Positions 7,263 to 16,663 of a stretch of 24,799 bases of DNA are shown here, in pieces. Numbering within the stretch: the first letter of the stretch is position 1; each line of letters starts with the position of its first letter. The stretch is from Polyangiaceae bacterium (GTDB taxonomy: Bacteria; Myxococcota_A; Polyangia; Polyangiales; Polyangiaceae). A program made the position numbers and the translations under genes. The stretch covers positions 1 through 24,799 of the forward strand of contig JBGANF010000117.1 of the NCBI GenBank assembly GCA_044222475.1, given 5' to 3'. Below the pieces are notes generated by a model, which was not told the origin of the DNA, did no database searches, and saw only the letters and a list, made by a program, of their open reading frames with translations.

Positions 7263-8279
7263 ATGGGATGGCTTCCTTCGCGAGGGGTGGGGATCGCTGG
7301 GCTGCTCGTGGCGATCGCGTGTGGTGGCTCGACCGACTCGCCGACCGTCGACGCGAGCGCCGACGCGGCGGTCGACGCGCGCACCGACGCGGGAGTGGAC
7401 GCGTCGCCGCCCGGTGACTCCTCGCTTCCGACCGACGGCGCGACCGGCGACGCGAGCTTGGTCCCCTCCGGTTGCATCGACTTGATCGCCGTGGGCGATC
7501 ACGTCTACACGTGCAACGGCCTCAAGTACGACGTGCACCTCCCCGCAGCGTGCGCCAAAGGCGGATGCGGCATCGTCCTCGACGTCCACGGCGCGACCAT
7601 GAGCGCCCGCATGGAGGATGCGAACTCCAACATGCGCTTCATCGGCGAGCGCGACGGATACGTCGTCGTTCAGCCGAACGCCTCCGGCAATCCCCCGAAC
7701 GCGATTTGGAACCCGTCGGTCGACTACGACAAGGTGTGGGCCTTCTTCGATCTCGCGACGCAGGTCTACGCGGTCGATGCGAAGCGGGTCCACATGATGG
7801 GCTTCTCGCAGGGCGGGAGGATGACGTGGACGTTCGCGTGCAAGTACGCCGCGCGCATCGCGTCCGCTGCGCCCGCCGCCGAAGCGGGGTGCACGGCTCA
7901 AGAGCTCTCGGCGGCGACCCGCCAGGTGCCGCTCTTCTACATGCACGGCACGCAGGACGCGCTGATCAGCTTCTCCGGTGCGGCGATTCCGCAGCGCGAC
8001 GCGGTCGTCACCGCGTGGGCGATGGGAGCGCCGCAGCCGGTGAGCAGCGACGCGTCGCACATTTGGACGCGCTACACCAACGGCAAGGGCACGGTCTTCG
8101 AGTTCGTCCAGCACGACTACACGACACCGGCGATCGTGCTGAAGGGGCACTGCTACCCCGGCAGCAAGGACCCGGGCAATGCTCCGGGGCAGCTCTTCAC
8201 CTTCGCGTGCACCGGGCCGAACGCGTTCGTGTGGGGCGAAGAGGCCATCAAGTTCTTCAAGGCCCACCCGCTTCCCTGA
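7263..8279 (+). CDS. Alpha/beta-hydrolase lipoprotein, PHB depolymerase/LpqC-like esterase
   Basis: Lipobox AIAC. Motifs LDVHG, GYVVVQPN, VDAKRVHMMGFSQGG (GxSxG nucleophile), MHGTQD and C-terminal GHC. Confidence 0.85.
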   Translation: MGWLPSRGVGIAGLLVAIACGGSTDSPTVDASADAAVDARTDAGVDASPPGDSSLPTDGATGDASLVPSGCIDLIAVGDHVYTCNGLKYDVHLPAACAKGGCGIVLDVHGATMSARMEDANSNMRFIGERDGYVVVQPNASGNPPNAIWNPSVDYDKVWAFFDLATQVYAVDAKRVHMMGFSQGGRMTWTFACKYAARIASAAPAAEAGCTAQELSAATRQVPLFYMHGTQDALISFSGAAIPQRDAVVTAWAMGAPQPVSSDASHIWTRYTNGKGTVFEFVQHDYTTPAIVLKGHCYPGSKDPGNAPGQLFTFACTGPNAFVWGEEAIKFFKAHPLP

Positions 8280-8283
8280 GTTG

Positions 8284-9492
8284 TCAGGCGAAGAGATTCC
8301 CGACGACGAGCGACTCGCGGAGCGCCCTCAGCGCACCGGCTTGCGCCTCGTCGGCGGGGCCCGCCCAGCGCCCCTCGAGGATCGCACGCGCCACATCCAG
8401 CGTGACCGCGTCGGCACGAAAATCCAGGATCCTCGCCGCGGTCGCCTTAGCCATCTCCCCGACCCACGCCGCGACCTCGTCGAGCTTCGCGAGCTCGGTG
8501 ATCCACGTCACGATCGCCTTGACTGGCTCTCGATCGGGGAGCTCGGTCCGCACGCCCTCGAGGATTCGCGCGCGATCGTGGAGGTTCAGCAGGAGCGCGA
8601 GAAAGAACCGATGCTCGGCGGACTTCGCGAGAGCGCGGCGGGTCATGAGGTGCAGCGATCGTCGATCGTCGTCGGCCTGGATCCGCAGGGCGTCGATCAA
8701 TGCGTCGTGCGAAGGGCGGACGCTGTCGAGGAACGCGAGGTACGCGGCGTGCTCGTGGAAGCAGCCTCGCAATCGAGTCGCCAAGTGGAAGGCGGTGAAC
8801 GCGTCGACCCGTTGCACCGTCGCGCGGGCGCGGGCTTCGAACTCGGCGTGCGTCGACCGCGAGAGGAGTCGAAGGATCTCCCAGCGCCGCCGCATCGAGT
8901 CGGTCTCGTGGAACGGGTCGAACGCGATCCCCGGTCGGACGTAGCTGTACTGCGGGCCAGCGACGGGATCGTTCGGCGTCCGCACCACGACCGACACCGA
9001 GGGCCGCTCGAGGTGGAAGAGGGCATGGATGAACTGCGTCCCCGCGAGGATCGGGCGAACGTCTCCGCGCTTCAGGTGATGCACCTCGCGCAGCGCGAGA
9101 TCGCCGAGCATCAACCGCTCGCTGTATCGACGGGTCGGCGCGAAGTCGTACACGCTCTCGATGCTGCCACCCTGCATGACGTGGAACGCGCCCGAGAACC
9201 CGTGCTGGTGGATCGCCGTCGTCCCGTCGACCCAGAAGAGCACGTCGATGTAGAAGCCTTCGTTTCGGTACACCGTGATCGCCGGCTCGCCGAACTTCAC
9301 CAGAGGTCCTTCTTGGCGAACGATCGCGTCGGTGTCCTGGACCCACTGAACGACCTCCATCGGGTCGACGTGGGCCGAAGGCGGCCGCTCGGTGAGCGCG
9401 CTCGCCGCGACGTCGGGGAACGCGCGACCGTCGAAGTCCGCGCGCTGCCAGCGATCGAGGATCGTGCGGCCGAGGTCGTCGAAGTACTTCAC
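8284..9492 (-). CDS. Cupin-fold (cysteine dioxygenase-like) metalloprotein with helical C-terminal extension
   Basis: The likely start is GTG 9492, overlapping the TGA of the upstream gene (the track ORF extension to 10308 is a shadow frame). Motifs TTAIHQHGFSGAFHVMQG and IHALFH..PSVSVVVR fit a 3-His cupin site. Confidence 0.7.
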   Translation of the reverse strand: MKYFDDLGRTILDRWQRADFDGRAFPDVAASALTERPPSAHVDPMEVVQWVQDTDAIVRQEGPLVKFGEPAITVYRNEGFYIDVLFWVDGTTAIHQHGFSGAFHVMQGGSIESVYDFAPTRRYSERLMLGDLALREVHHLKRGDVRPILAGTQFIHALFHLERPSVSVVVRTPNDPVAGPQYSYVRPGIAFDPFHETDSMRRRWEILRLLSRSTHAEFEARARATVQRVDAFTAFHLATRLRGCFHEHAAYLAFLDSVRPSHDALIDALRIQADDDRRSLHLMTRRALAKSAEHRFFLALLLNLHDRARILEGVRTELPDREPVKAIVTWITELAKLDEVAAWVGEMAKATAARILDFRADAVTLDVARAILEGRWAGPADEAQAGALRALRESLVVGNLFA

Positions 9493-11429
9493 GGCGTCGA
9501 GTGGACGATGCAGCCCGCCGCGGGAGCCGAGTCGCGCGGGTACGCGCGGGCGAGAGCCTTCGCGATGCGGTTCGCGCGCTCGCGGCACCCGTTGCTGTTC
9601 GGGTGGATGCCGTCGGCGGTGAACCAGCCGTCCTCGACCTCGCTCGCCCAGTCGTAGACGCGCATGTTCGGGTGGCGCGCGCAGGCCTGCACGAGCGCCT
9701 GGTTCCAGGCGACCATGTTGGCGTTCTGGTACGGCCCCTTCTCCTTCAGGGTCTTCGTGGTCGTCCACAGCGTGGGCTTGTCGCCGACCTTCGCCATCAT
9801 GTTGTCGATCCGCGCGCTCAGCATCGCGACGTTGCCGGACGTGTTCGCCGGGTCGTTCGTTCCGAGCGCGAGGACGTAGCAACCGCTGAACCCGCTGGCG
9901 CGGCGCCGCGCGACCACGTCGGTCGCGTTGGGCTGGTTGTTGAGCGTCTCGACCATGCTGCGCGCGCCGCTGATCTCCGAGATGAAGTGCTCGACACCGA
10001 CGGCTCGGTAGCGAGCGGGCAGCTGATCGTCGACGTTGGGTAGGAACACGGTGGAGACGAGGCCAATCGAGGTCGAGTCGCCGACGTGGGTGACGTCGCG
10101 GCACGAGGTGAGCAACGAACCCGGGGTGTGCACCGCGACCTGAGTCGCCGTCGTGGTGGCGGCGGGGACGATGAGCTGTTCGGTGGTCGGTGCCGGCTCG
10201 GCGGCGAGCGCTTCGAGCTCCGCCGGCTTCGGGAACCGCAGCGGCCAGACGACGAGCGCGATGGTCGCCGCCGGCGCGAGGACGAGCGCTCGGAACACCA
10301 GGCTCCAACGCGCGCGAACCAGCGGGTGGCGCCGGATCGGGTCCTCGATGAGGCGGAACGATGCAGCCGCGAGCACGACGATCAGACCGAGCTGAACTGC
10401 GCCTCGAAGTACCGGGCGGTCGATCAACACCGACGCCGGCATGAACGCGACGACCGGCAAATGCCAGAGGTAGATGCCGTACGAGCGCGCTCCGACCCAG
10501 CGCAACGGCAACACCCCGAGCGCGCGCGCGACGAACGTCTCCGGGTGCGAGGCCGCGATCGCGAGCGCGACCGTGGCCACCGACAGGACGAGCTCACCGC
10601 CGCGATACAGGAACGGCGAGTACTCGTCGGTGCGGACGATGCACGCGACCACTCCGGCGAGCCCGAGCGCACCCACGACGTCGAGCGCGATCCGCGCGCG
10701 AGGTGATCTCCCGAGCTCGGTCACCCGATCGAACGGCAACGCCAGCGCGGCGAGCGCTCCCACGAGGAGCGACGCCGCGCGGGCGTCAGTCCCCTCGTAG
10801 GCTCGGGTGTTGTTCATCGCGTGCGGATCGTAGAGGTGCACGATCGCCCACGTGGACGCGGCCGCGAGCGCGACGGTCGCGATCGCGAGCGGCGCTCGCA
10901 CGCGCAGGCGCAGGCGCGCTTGCAGCGCGAGGAGGGCGAAGACGAGGAGCGGCCACACGATGTAGAACTGCTCCTCGATGGCCAGCGACCACAGGTGATC
11001 GAGCGGTCCGGGCCCGGAGAAGCGTTGGAAATAATCGTCGCCGCGCGCGATGGTTGTCCAATTTGCGACGTACAAAAGCGCGTAGAGCGCCTGGCGCGCG
11101 GTGGTGGCGAGCTTGTCCGGTCGCGCGATGGCGGTCGTGACGACCACGACCGGCAACATGAGGAGGAGCGCGGGGAGGAGCCGGCGAGCGCGTCGGAGCC
11201 AGAACTCCTTCAGATCGACGCGCCCGCGTCGCGCGAAGCCTTGGACGAGGAGCGACGTGATGAGGTAGCCGCTCAACGTGAAGAACACGCTGACGCCGAG
11301 GAGGCCGCCGTCGAAGCACGGAACCTGGAGGTGATAGGCCACGACGGCTCCGACCGCGATGGCACGAATGCCATCGAGCCCCGGCAGATACCCAGCTCGG
11401 CCGGCGGTGTCGGCAGATGCGGTCGCCAT
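9489..11429 (-). CDS. Acyltransferase-3 / SGNH fusion O-acetyltransferase (OatA/OafA-like)
   Basis: YLPGLDGIRAIAV, GVSVFFTLSGYLIT, FWLRRARRLLP, HLWSLAIEEQFY and SYGIYLWH. SGNH blocks VGDS, LGTND and DGIHPN. Start is ATG 11429 or slightly upstream. Confidence 0.93.
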   Translation of the reverse strand: MATASADTAGRAGYLPGLDGIRAIAVGAVVAYHLQVPCFDGGLLGVSVFFTLSGYLITSLLVQGFARRGRVDLKEFWLRRARRLLPALLLMLPVVVVTTAIARPDKLATTARQALYALLYVANWTTIARGDDYFQRFSGPGPLDHLWSLAIEEQFYIVWPLLVFALLALQARLRLRVRAPLAIATVALAAASTWAIVHLYDPHAMNNTRAYEGTDARAASLLVGALAALALPFDRVTELGRSPRARIALDVVGALGLAGVVACIVRTDEYSPFLYRGGELVLSVATVALAIAASHPETFVARALGVLPLRWVGARSYGIYLWHLPVVAFMPASVLIDRPVLRGAVQLGLIVVLAAASFRLIEDPIRRHPLVRARWSLVFRALVLAPAATIALVVWPLRFPKPAELEALAAEPAPTTEQLIVPAATTTATQVAVHTPGSLLTSCRDVTHVGDSTSIGLVSTVFLPNVDDQLPARYRAVGVEHFISEISGARSMVETLNNQPNATDVVARRRASGFSGCYVLALGTNDPANTSGNVAMLSARIDNMMAKVGDKPTLWTTTKTLKEKGPYQNANMVAWNQALVQACARHPNMRVYDWASEVEDGWFTADGIHPNSNGCRERANRIAKALARAYPRDSAPAAGCIVHSTP

Positions 11430-11535
11430 CGTGTTTGGATCTCCACATTTATCATCCATTCCGCTTGCGAAGGGGCGCAAACCAAGGGCGGATGGGCAGC
11501 GCCGGTGGTGCTGCTCGCGCTTTCAGGTTGCGGGA

Positions 11536-11805
11536 CTAGCCATCTCCCCCGACCGCCTCGCGCACCTTCGCCACGCACATCGCGGCCAGCGCCTCGGCGC
11601 TGAGGTCGTCCGAGTCCAGCTCGTAGCTGAACGCGATCCGCTTTCCGCCCACCTGAGCGAAGCCGTCGAGGCTGACGCGACCGTCGACGCGCTTGCCGTA
11701 CGCCGCGATCCCGAGCTTGTCGAGGAGCTCGGCCGCGTCCGCGGCGATTTTCAAGCGGTCTCGGGGGATGGTCACCTCGGCAAAGTAGCAGAGGCGAGGG
11801 AACAT
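11536..11805 (-). CDS. Small hypothetical protein
   Basis: Fills the gap between two genes with normal composition and GC3 bias. An alternative GTG start lies at 11775. Confidence 0.6.
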   Translation of the reverse strand: MFPRLCYFAEVTIPRDRLKIAADAAELLDKLGIAAYGKRVDGRVSLDGFAQVGGKRIAFSYELDSDDLSAEALAAMCVAKVREAVGGDG

Positions 11806-11834
11806 TCTCGCGGCGTCGGCTACACTCCGGACAA

Positions 11835-13679
11835 ATGCGCGTGGCGCTCCTCTATCCCCCGCCTTGGAAGATCGCGCCGCGCGAGGGCCTGCCGTATCCC
11901 ACCGGCGAAGGCCCCCCCCAGGGCTTCAAGGACGGCGACCTCGACGCCGACTTCTTCCAGATCCCGTACGGGCTCCTCGCCCTCGGTGCGGGGGCCACCC
12001 GGGCCGGTCACCAGGTGAAGGTGATGAACCTCTCGTCCTTCGTGTGGCCCAAGGTCGAAGAGGTCGTCGCCGGGCTCGACGCCGACGTCTACGCGATGAG
12101 CTGTTGGACGGCGAATCGACGGGGCGTGAAGCTCGTCGCCGAGGAGATCAAGCGCGTCCACCCGAAAGCCCACGTGATCGTCGGCGGACCGCACGCCACC
12201 CCGCTCGGCCCCGAGCTCCTGCGTCACTACACCGCCGTCGACACGGTCTGCACCGGCGAGAGCGACGTGACCTTCCTCGAGGTCCTCGATCGCCTCGCCC
12301 GCGGAGAGACCACCCGCGGGATCGCCGGCACGGTCTATCGCGAGGTCGACGGCGAGCCCGCGATCGGTCCCAAGCGGAAGAACATCGAAGACCTCGACGT
12401 CCTCGCGTGCCCGCAAAAGTACTTCGACACGCACATCCTCATGACGTCGCGGGGCTGCCCCTGGAGCTGCACGTTCTGCGGCGCGGAGTCGAGCTGGGGG
12501 CGCGGCTTCCGGTCGAACTCGATCGAGTACGTGCTCGGGGCGATCGAGAAGGCGCTCACTCGTCTCCCGGTGAAGATGATCCAGATCAAGGACGACACCT
12601 TCACGACGCACAAGAAGCGCGTGATCGAGCTGTGCCGCGCGATCCGCGCCAAGGATCTCCGCTTCTTCTGGAGCTGCGACACCCGCGTCGACCTCCTCAC
12701 CGACGAGCTCCTCCGCGAGATGCGCCTCGCCGGTTGCCAGCGGCTCTCGCTCGGTGTCGAGAGCGGCTCGCAGCGCATCCTCGACGCGATCGAGAAGAAG
12801 ATCACGGTGGACGAGATCCTCCAGTCGACGCGGCTCGCTCAGAAGTACGGCATCAAGGTTCGCTACTACATGATGCTCGGCAACCGCGGCGACGACGCGG
12901 AGAGCTTCAAGGAGACGCTCGCGTTCCTCGATCGCGCGCAGCCTCACGAGTACATCTTCTCGTGCCTCTCGGTGTACCCGGGGACGAAGGACTTCGACGC
13001 CGCCGAACGCGACTGGCTCGACAGAAATGTGTACTTTACACAGGATTTTCAGGAGCTGAAGACACCGTTCGACTCGTCGCCCGAGGACACCGCGCTCATG
13101 AACGAGTGGTTCTCGCGCAACAACGGCCTGCGAACGATGCGCAAGGAGTCCGCCGCGGACTTCGCCGCGATCCTCGAGCGCCTCGGCGACTACCACGCCG
13201 CGCACATGGACCTCGGCGCTGCGCTGTACCACGAAGGGAAGCTGGACGACGCCGAGCGCCACGTGAAGCGTGCGCTCGAGCTCGGCTATCCGCTCCCCGG
13301 GCTCGCGTACAACCACCTCGCGTGCATCGCGAAGGCTCGTGGCGACCTCGACGCGATGATGGACCTCTTCTCGACCGCGGCCAAGGTCGACCCGCAGCAC
13401 TGGATCCTCAGGCAGAACGTCGAAGCGGCGCGCGCGTGGTTCAAGCAGGGGGGCGCCAAGCCGGAGAGCCGCTTGCCGTTGAACCTCGTCGTGCGCCACG
13501 ACTTCCAGCTCCTCGAGCGCACCGCTCAGCCGACGCTGCCCGGGCCGCTCCCCGAAGACTGGCGCACATGGAGCGCGGCCGAGGCTCCCTCGCCCGAAGG
13601 GCTCCCGATCAAGACGCCGGAGCTCGAAGGCAGCACGAAGGGCCTGGGCGCGCGCACGCGGCTCCCCGTCGTCGACTGA
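11835..13679 (+). CDS. Cobalamin-binding radical SAM protein with C-terminal TPR-like domain
   Basis: B12-binding domain (PYGLLAL, VIVGGPHAT, VCTGESD), TSRGCPWSCTFC (CxxxCxxC), DDTF and LGVESGS. TPR-like AHMDLGAALYHEGKLDDAERHVKRALEL. Confidence 0.93.
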   Translation: MRVALLYPPPWKIAPREGLPYPTGEGPPQGFKDGDLDADFFQIPYGLLALGAGATRAGHQVKVMNLSSFVWPKVEEVVAGLDADVYAMSCWTANRRGVKLVAEEIKRVHPKAHVIVGGPHATPLGPELLRHYTAVDTVCTGESDVTFLEVLDRLARGETTRGIAGTVYREVDGEPAIGPKRKNIEDLDVLACPQKYFDTHILMTSRGCPWSCTFCGAESSWGRGFRSNSIEYVLGAIEKALTRLPVKMIQIKDDTFTTHKKRVIELCRAIRAKDLRFFWSCDTRVDLLTDELLREMRLAGCQRLSLGVESGSQRILDAIEKKITVDEILQSTRLAQKYGIKVRYYMMLGNRGDDAESFKETLAFLDRAQPHEYIFSCLSVYPGTKDFDAAERDWLDRNVYFTQDFQELKTPFDSSPEDTALMNEWFSRNNGLRTMRKESAADFAAILERLGDYHAAHMDLGAALYHEGKLDDAERHVKRALELGYPLPGLAYNHLACIAKARGDLDAMMDLFSTAAKVDPQHWILRQNVEAARAWFKQGGAKPESRLPLNLVVRHDFQLLERTAQPTLPGPLPEDWRTWSAAEAPSPEGLPIKTPELEGSTKGLGARTRLPVVD

Positions 13680-13683
13680 GCGC

Positions 13684-14853
13684 TCAGCGCAGCGCAGGGA
13701 AGGGCGGGATGCTGAAGTCGCGCGCGGGGCGTCCGAGACCGTAGCCCTGACCGAGATCGCAGCCGAGGTCGCAGATCACGGCGAGCTCGGCCGCCGTCTC
13801 GATGCCCTCGGCGACGATGCGCACCCCCAAGCCACGGCAGAGCTTCACCATCGAGTCGACGACGTACTGGTGGGTCGTCTGGAGGTGGATGTTCCGAACG
13901 AGCGACATGTCGAGCTTGACGATCTCGGGCTCGAGGAGCGCGAAGCTCGTCAGGCCGGCGTAGCCCGCGCCGAGATCGTCGATCGCCACTCGGTAGCCCA
14001 GGCTGCGCAGACCCCCGACGATCGAGCGAGTGTCGCCGAGGCCGTCCATCGATGCCCGCTCCGTCACCTCGAGGACGACGCGCGTGCCCCAGCGCGAAAG
14101 CGGGGACGAGTCGTCGTGGAGCTTCGGGTCGAGCAGGTCCGATGCGTGCAGGTTCACGAACAGCAGCGCGTCCTCGGGCACGAGCTCGAACGCTTCGTCG
14201 GCGAGCTCACGCACGCGTCGGCCGAGGTCCTGGAGGCGGTTCAGCTTCTCGGCGGCATCGAGGATCGCGAGCGGGTTCGGGAGATCGGGCGCCGACGAGC
14301 GCATCAGCGCCTCGTACGCGATGGGGACGCGCGTGCGCAGATCGAAGATGGGCTGGAACACGAGGTGGAGCCCGTCGAGCGCGCGGGCGAATCGATTCGC
14401 GAGCTCGGAGCGCGCCCGGACCTGCGCCGGCGTCGCACGAGTCTGGCGCACGCGGAGCAGCTCCCACACGCGCTCGAGCCGCGCGTTGAGGCGTTCGGGC
14501 TCGATGGGCTTCACGAGGTACTCGGCCGCGCCGAGCGAGACGGCATCGATGGCGCTTTGGATGCTCGGCGCTCCGGTGAGCAGGATGACCGGAACGTCGA
14601 TGTCGCGGAGCCGCACGATGTCGAGGAGATCGACCCCCGTCTTACCTGGGAGGTTGATGTCGCACAGGACGACCGTCGAGCCGTCTCCCACGAGCAGATC
14701 CGCCGCGGTCGATACGTCGGACGCGACGACGACCGACCATCCGTAGCGCTCGAGGGCACGCTGGTTCGCTCGGGCGACGTCTTCGTCGTCCTCCACGATG
14801 AGCACCTTCTTCGACGATGGGCGCGCTGTCTGAATCGCCTGACGAGAAAGCAT
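13684..14853 (-). CDS. Response regulator with EAL (c-di-GMP phosphodiesterase) domain
   Basis: Start moved to ATG 14853. REC domain (VLIVEDD, CDINLP, LTG, KP). EAL domain (FQPI, YEALMR, FVN, LEVTE, IDDLGAGY, KLD, EGIET, QGY). Confidence 0.93.
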   Translation of the reverse strand: MLSRQAIQTARPSSKKVLIVEDDEDVARANQRALERYGWSVVVASDVSTAADLLVGDGSTVVLCDINLPGKTGVDLLDIVRLRDIDVPVILLTGAPSIQSAIDAVSLGAAEYLVKPIEPERLNARLERVWELLRVRQTRATPAQVRARSELANRFARALDGLHLVFQPIFDLRTRVPIAYEALMRSSAPDLPNPLAILDAAEKLNRLQDLGRRVRELADEAFELVPEDALLFVNLHASDLLDPKLHDDSSPLSRWGTRVVLEVTERASMDGLGDTRSIVGGLRSLGYRVAIDDLGAGYAGLTSFALLEPEIVKLDMSLVRNIHLQTTHQYVVDSMVKLCRGLGVRIVAEGIETAAELAVICDLGCDLGQGYGLGRPARDFSIPPFPALR

Positions 14854-14970
14854 GCCCCCGGCCTGCAGCTTCCGGACCACCGTGGCGCGCTCGATCCGCC
14901 CGAGAAAACGGGGCGTTTCCCATGCTCGCCACCCGGCGCGCGCGGAGCTGTTGCATAGCGACACAGGCGC

Positions 14971-14989
14971 TTGTTTCACCTTGAAACAA
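14971..14989. promoter_or_regulatory. Perfect inverted repeat, candidate transcription-factor operator
   Basis: TTGTTTCA-cct-TGAAACAA has 8-bp AT-rich arms and lies in the divergent intergenic region, 19 nt before ATG 15009. Confidence 0.5.
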
Positions 14990-15008
14990 CCCGTTGTAAC
15001 GTCGCGCC

Positions 15009-16013
15009 ATGCGCACACGAATCCTCGTCTCCGCCTCCCTCCTCGCCACCGTCGTCGCGTGCAAAGGCGGCGCCCCGACCGCGGACACGCCGGCCCCGAG
15101 CGGGAGCGGCAGCGCCACCACCACCACCGCGCAAGACGTCCCGAGCGCGACGCCGAGCGCGTCCGTCGCCACGCCGCCTCCGGCCGGGCCCGCAGCCGCG
15201 TGGCACACCGCGGGCTTCAGCACGCCCGAGAGCGTCCTCTACGACCCCGACGCGGACCGCTACCTCGTCAGCAACGTGAACGGAGGCCCGCTCGACGTGG
15301 ACGGCAACGGCTTCATCTCCGAGGTCGGCCCCGACGGAAAGATCATCAAGGACAAGTGGATCGCTGCCGGCGTCAACAAGGTGACGTTGAACGCGCCCAA
15401 GGGAATGGCAATCGCGAACGGCCAGCTCTACGTGGCCGACATCAAGTTCGTCCGCTCGTTCGACATCAAGAGCGGCATGCCGAAGGAGAACTTCGAGGTC
15501 GCGGGCGCGTCGTTCCTCAACGACGTATCGGCCACGAACGGGAAGATCTACGTCACCGACACCGGGGTGAAGATGGGAGCGAAGGACTTCGAGCCCACCG
15601 GCACCGACTCGGTGATCGAGCTCGACTTCTCGAAGCCCTCCGGGCAGCGCATGCGGGTCGTCGCGAAGGGCAAGGAGCTCGGCCGGCCGAACGGCGTCTG
15701 GGCGGCGGACAAGAACATCTACGTGAACACGTTCGGTTCGAACGAGGTCTTCCGCCTCGACGACAAGGGCCAGAAGCAGGACGTGACGAAGACGCCGAAG
15801 GGCGGGCTCGACGGTCTCGTGTGGGCGGGTGATTGGATCCTCGTCTCGAGCTGGGAAGGCAACGCGGTCTACAAGGGCAAGCTCGGCGGTACGTTCGAGC
15901 CGGTGTTCTCGAACCTGAAGGCCCCGGCCGACATCGGCTTCGACACCAAGCGCAAGCGTGTCCTCGTCCCGCTCTTCATGGATAACGCGGTCGAGGCTTG
16001 GGACCTGAAGTAG
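15009..16013 (+). CDS. Beta-propeller lipoprotein, SMP-30/gluconolactonase/LRE-like
   Basis: Lipobox VVAC and S/T/P linker. Motifs GFSTPESVLYD, LNAPKGMAI, FLNDV, IYVTD, PNGV, LDGL and PADIGFD. Confidence 0.85.
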   Translation: MRTRILVSASLLATVVACKGGAPTADTPAPSGSGSATTTTAQDVPSATPSASVATPPPAGPAAAWHTAGFSTPESVLYDPDADRYLVSNVNGGPLDVDGNGFISEVGPDGKIIKDKWIAAGVNKVTLNAPKGMAIANGQLYVADIKFVRSFDIKSGMPKENFEVAGASFLNDVSATNGKIYVTDTGVKMGAKDFEPTGTDSVIELDFSKPSGQRMRVVAKGKELGRPNGVWAADKNIYVNTFGSNEVFRLDDKGQKQDVTKTPKGGLDGLVWAGDWILVSSWEGNAVYKGKLGGTFEPVFSNLKAPADIGFDTKRKRVLVPLFMDNAVEAWDLK

Positions 16014-16020
16014 GTCCACG

Positions 16021-16650
16021 ATGTGGACGATGATGAAGGAGGGGGGCGGGCTCGCGATGCTCGCCGCGCTCGTCGGGGTCATCGGCGCGCTCCTCGGCAT
16101 CGTCGCCGCGAGCATGCTCGGCATTTCTCGGCGAAGCGCCTTCGTCCTCGGTCTCGTCACGCTGTCGCTCGTCGCGTTGACCGGAGCGCTGGGCGCCGGC
16201 GGCGTGGTCTACGGTCGCCATCAGACCGAGAACGCGCTCTCGGGGCTCTCGGACTTCGAAGGACCGGAAGGTTCGATGGGCTCGCCGTCGGGGTTCGGGA
16301 TCGACGCGAAGATGGAGGAGCGGATCCGCGCCGAGGGCTACTCCGAGGCGGCCGCCGCCGGTCGCATCGGCGCGATGTTCGCCGCGCTTCCTCTGCTCCT
16401 CGGAGTGGCGGCGGCGTTCGGCGGCGCCGGCGCCGCAGGCGCGCCGCAGCCGATGCCGCCTCCCGGCTACGGTCCCGGCATCTACGCGAACGTGCCGAGC
16501 GCGTATGCTCCGCCGCCGAAGCCGGGCGCGGGACGTTGGATCCTCGCGGGCGTCTTCTCCGCGGTCGCGCTCGTGTGCGTCCTCGCGTCGCTCGGCGGAG
16601 GGATGACGGCGCCGTACCCGAATCCCGACCGCGACGCGTACGGCTACTGA
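16021..16650 (+). CDS. Hypothetical integral membrane protein
   Basis: About four hydrophobic segments and a Pro-rich loop. Starts 7 nt after the upstream stop. Confidence 0.7.
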   Translation: MWTMMKEGGGLAMLAALVGVIGALLGIVAASMLGISRRSAFVLGLVTLSLVALTGALGAGGVVYGRHQTENALSGLSDFEGPEGSMGSPSGFGIDAKMEERIRAEGYSEAAAAGRIGAMFAALPLLLGVAAAFGGAGAAGAPQPMPPPGYGPGIYANVPSAYAPPPKPGAGRWILAGVFSAVALVCVLASLGGGMTAPYPNPDRDAYGY

Positions 16651-16663
16651 ACGGTGACGAGCC

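Noticed and set aside
9493..10308. N-terminal extension of the 674-aa ORF 8284..10308
   Set aside because: It overlaps the acyltransferase in another frame and is low-complexity. The GTGA overlap at 9489-9492 gives a better start.
11440..11530. GGGCGCAAACC...GGCAGC resembling part of a c-di-GMP-I riboswitch
   Set aside because: It is on the strand opposite the downstream acyltransferase, and the GNRA tetraloop/receptor stems cannot be built. An Infernal search with the c-di-GMP-I model would settle it.
11835..13679. B12-radical SAM as a tailoring enzyme of the lasso cluster
   Set aside because: It lies more than 5 kb away, separated by unrelated genes in mixed orientation, and no RRE is evident.
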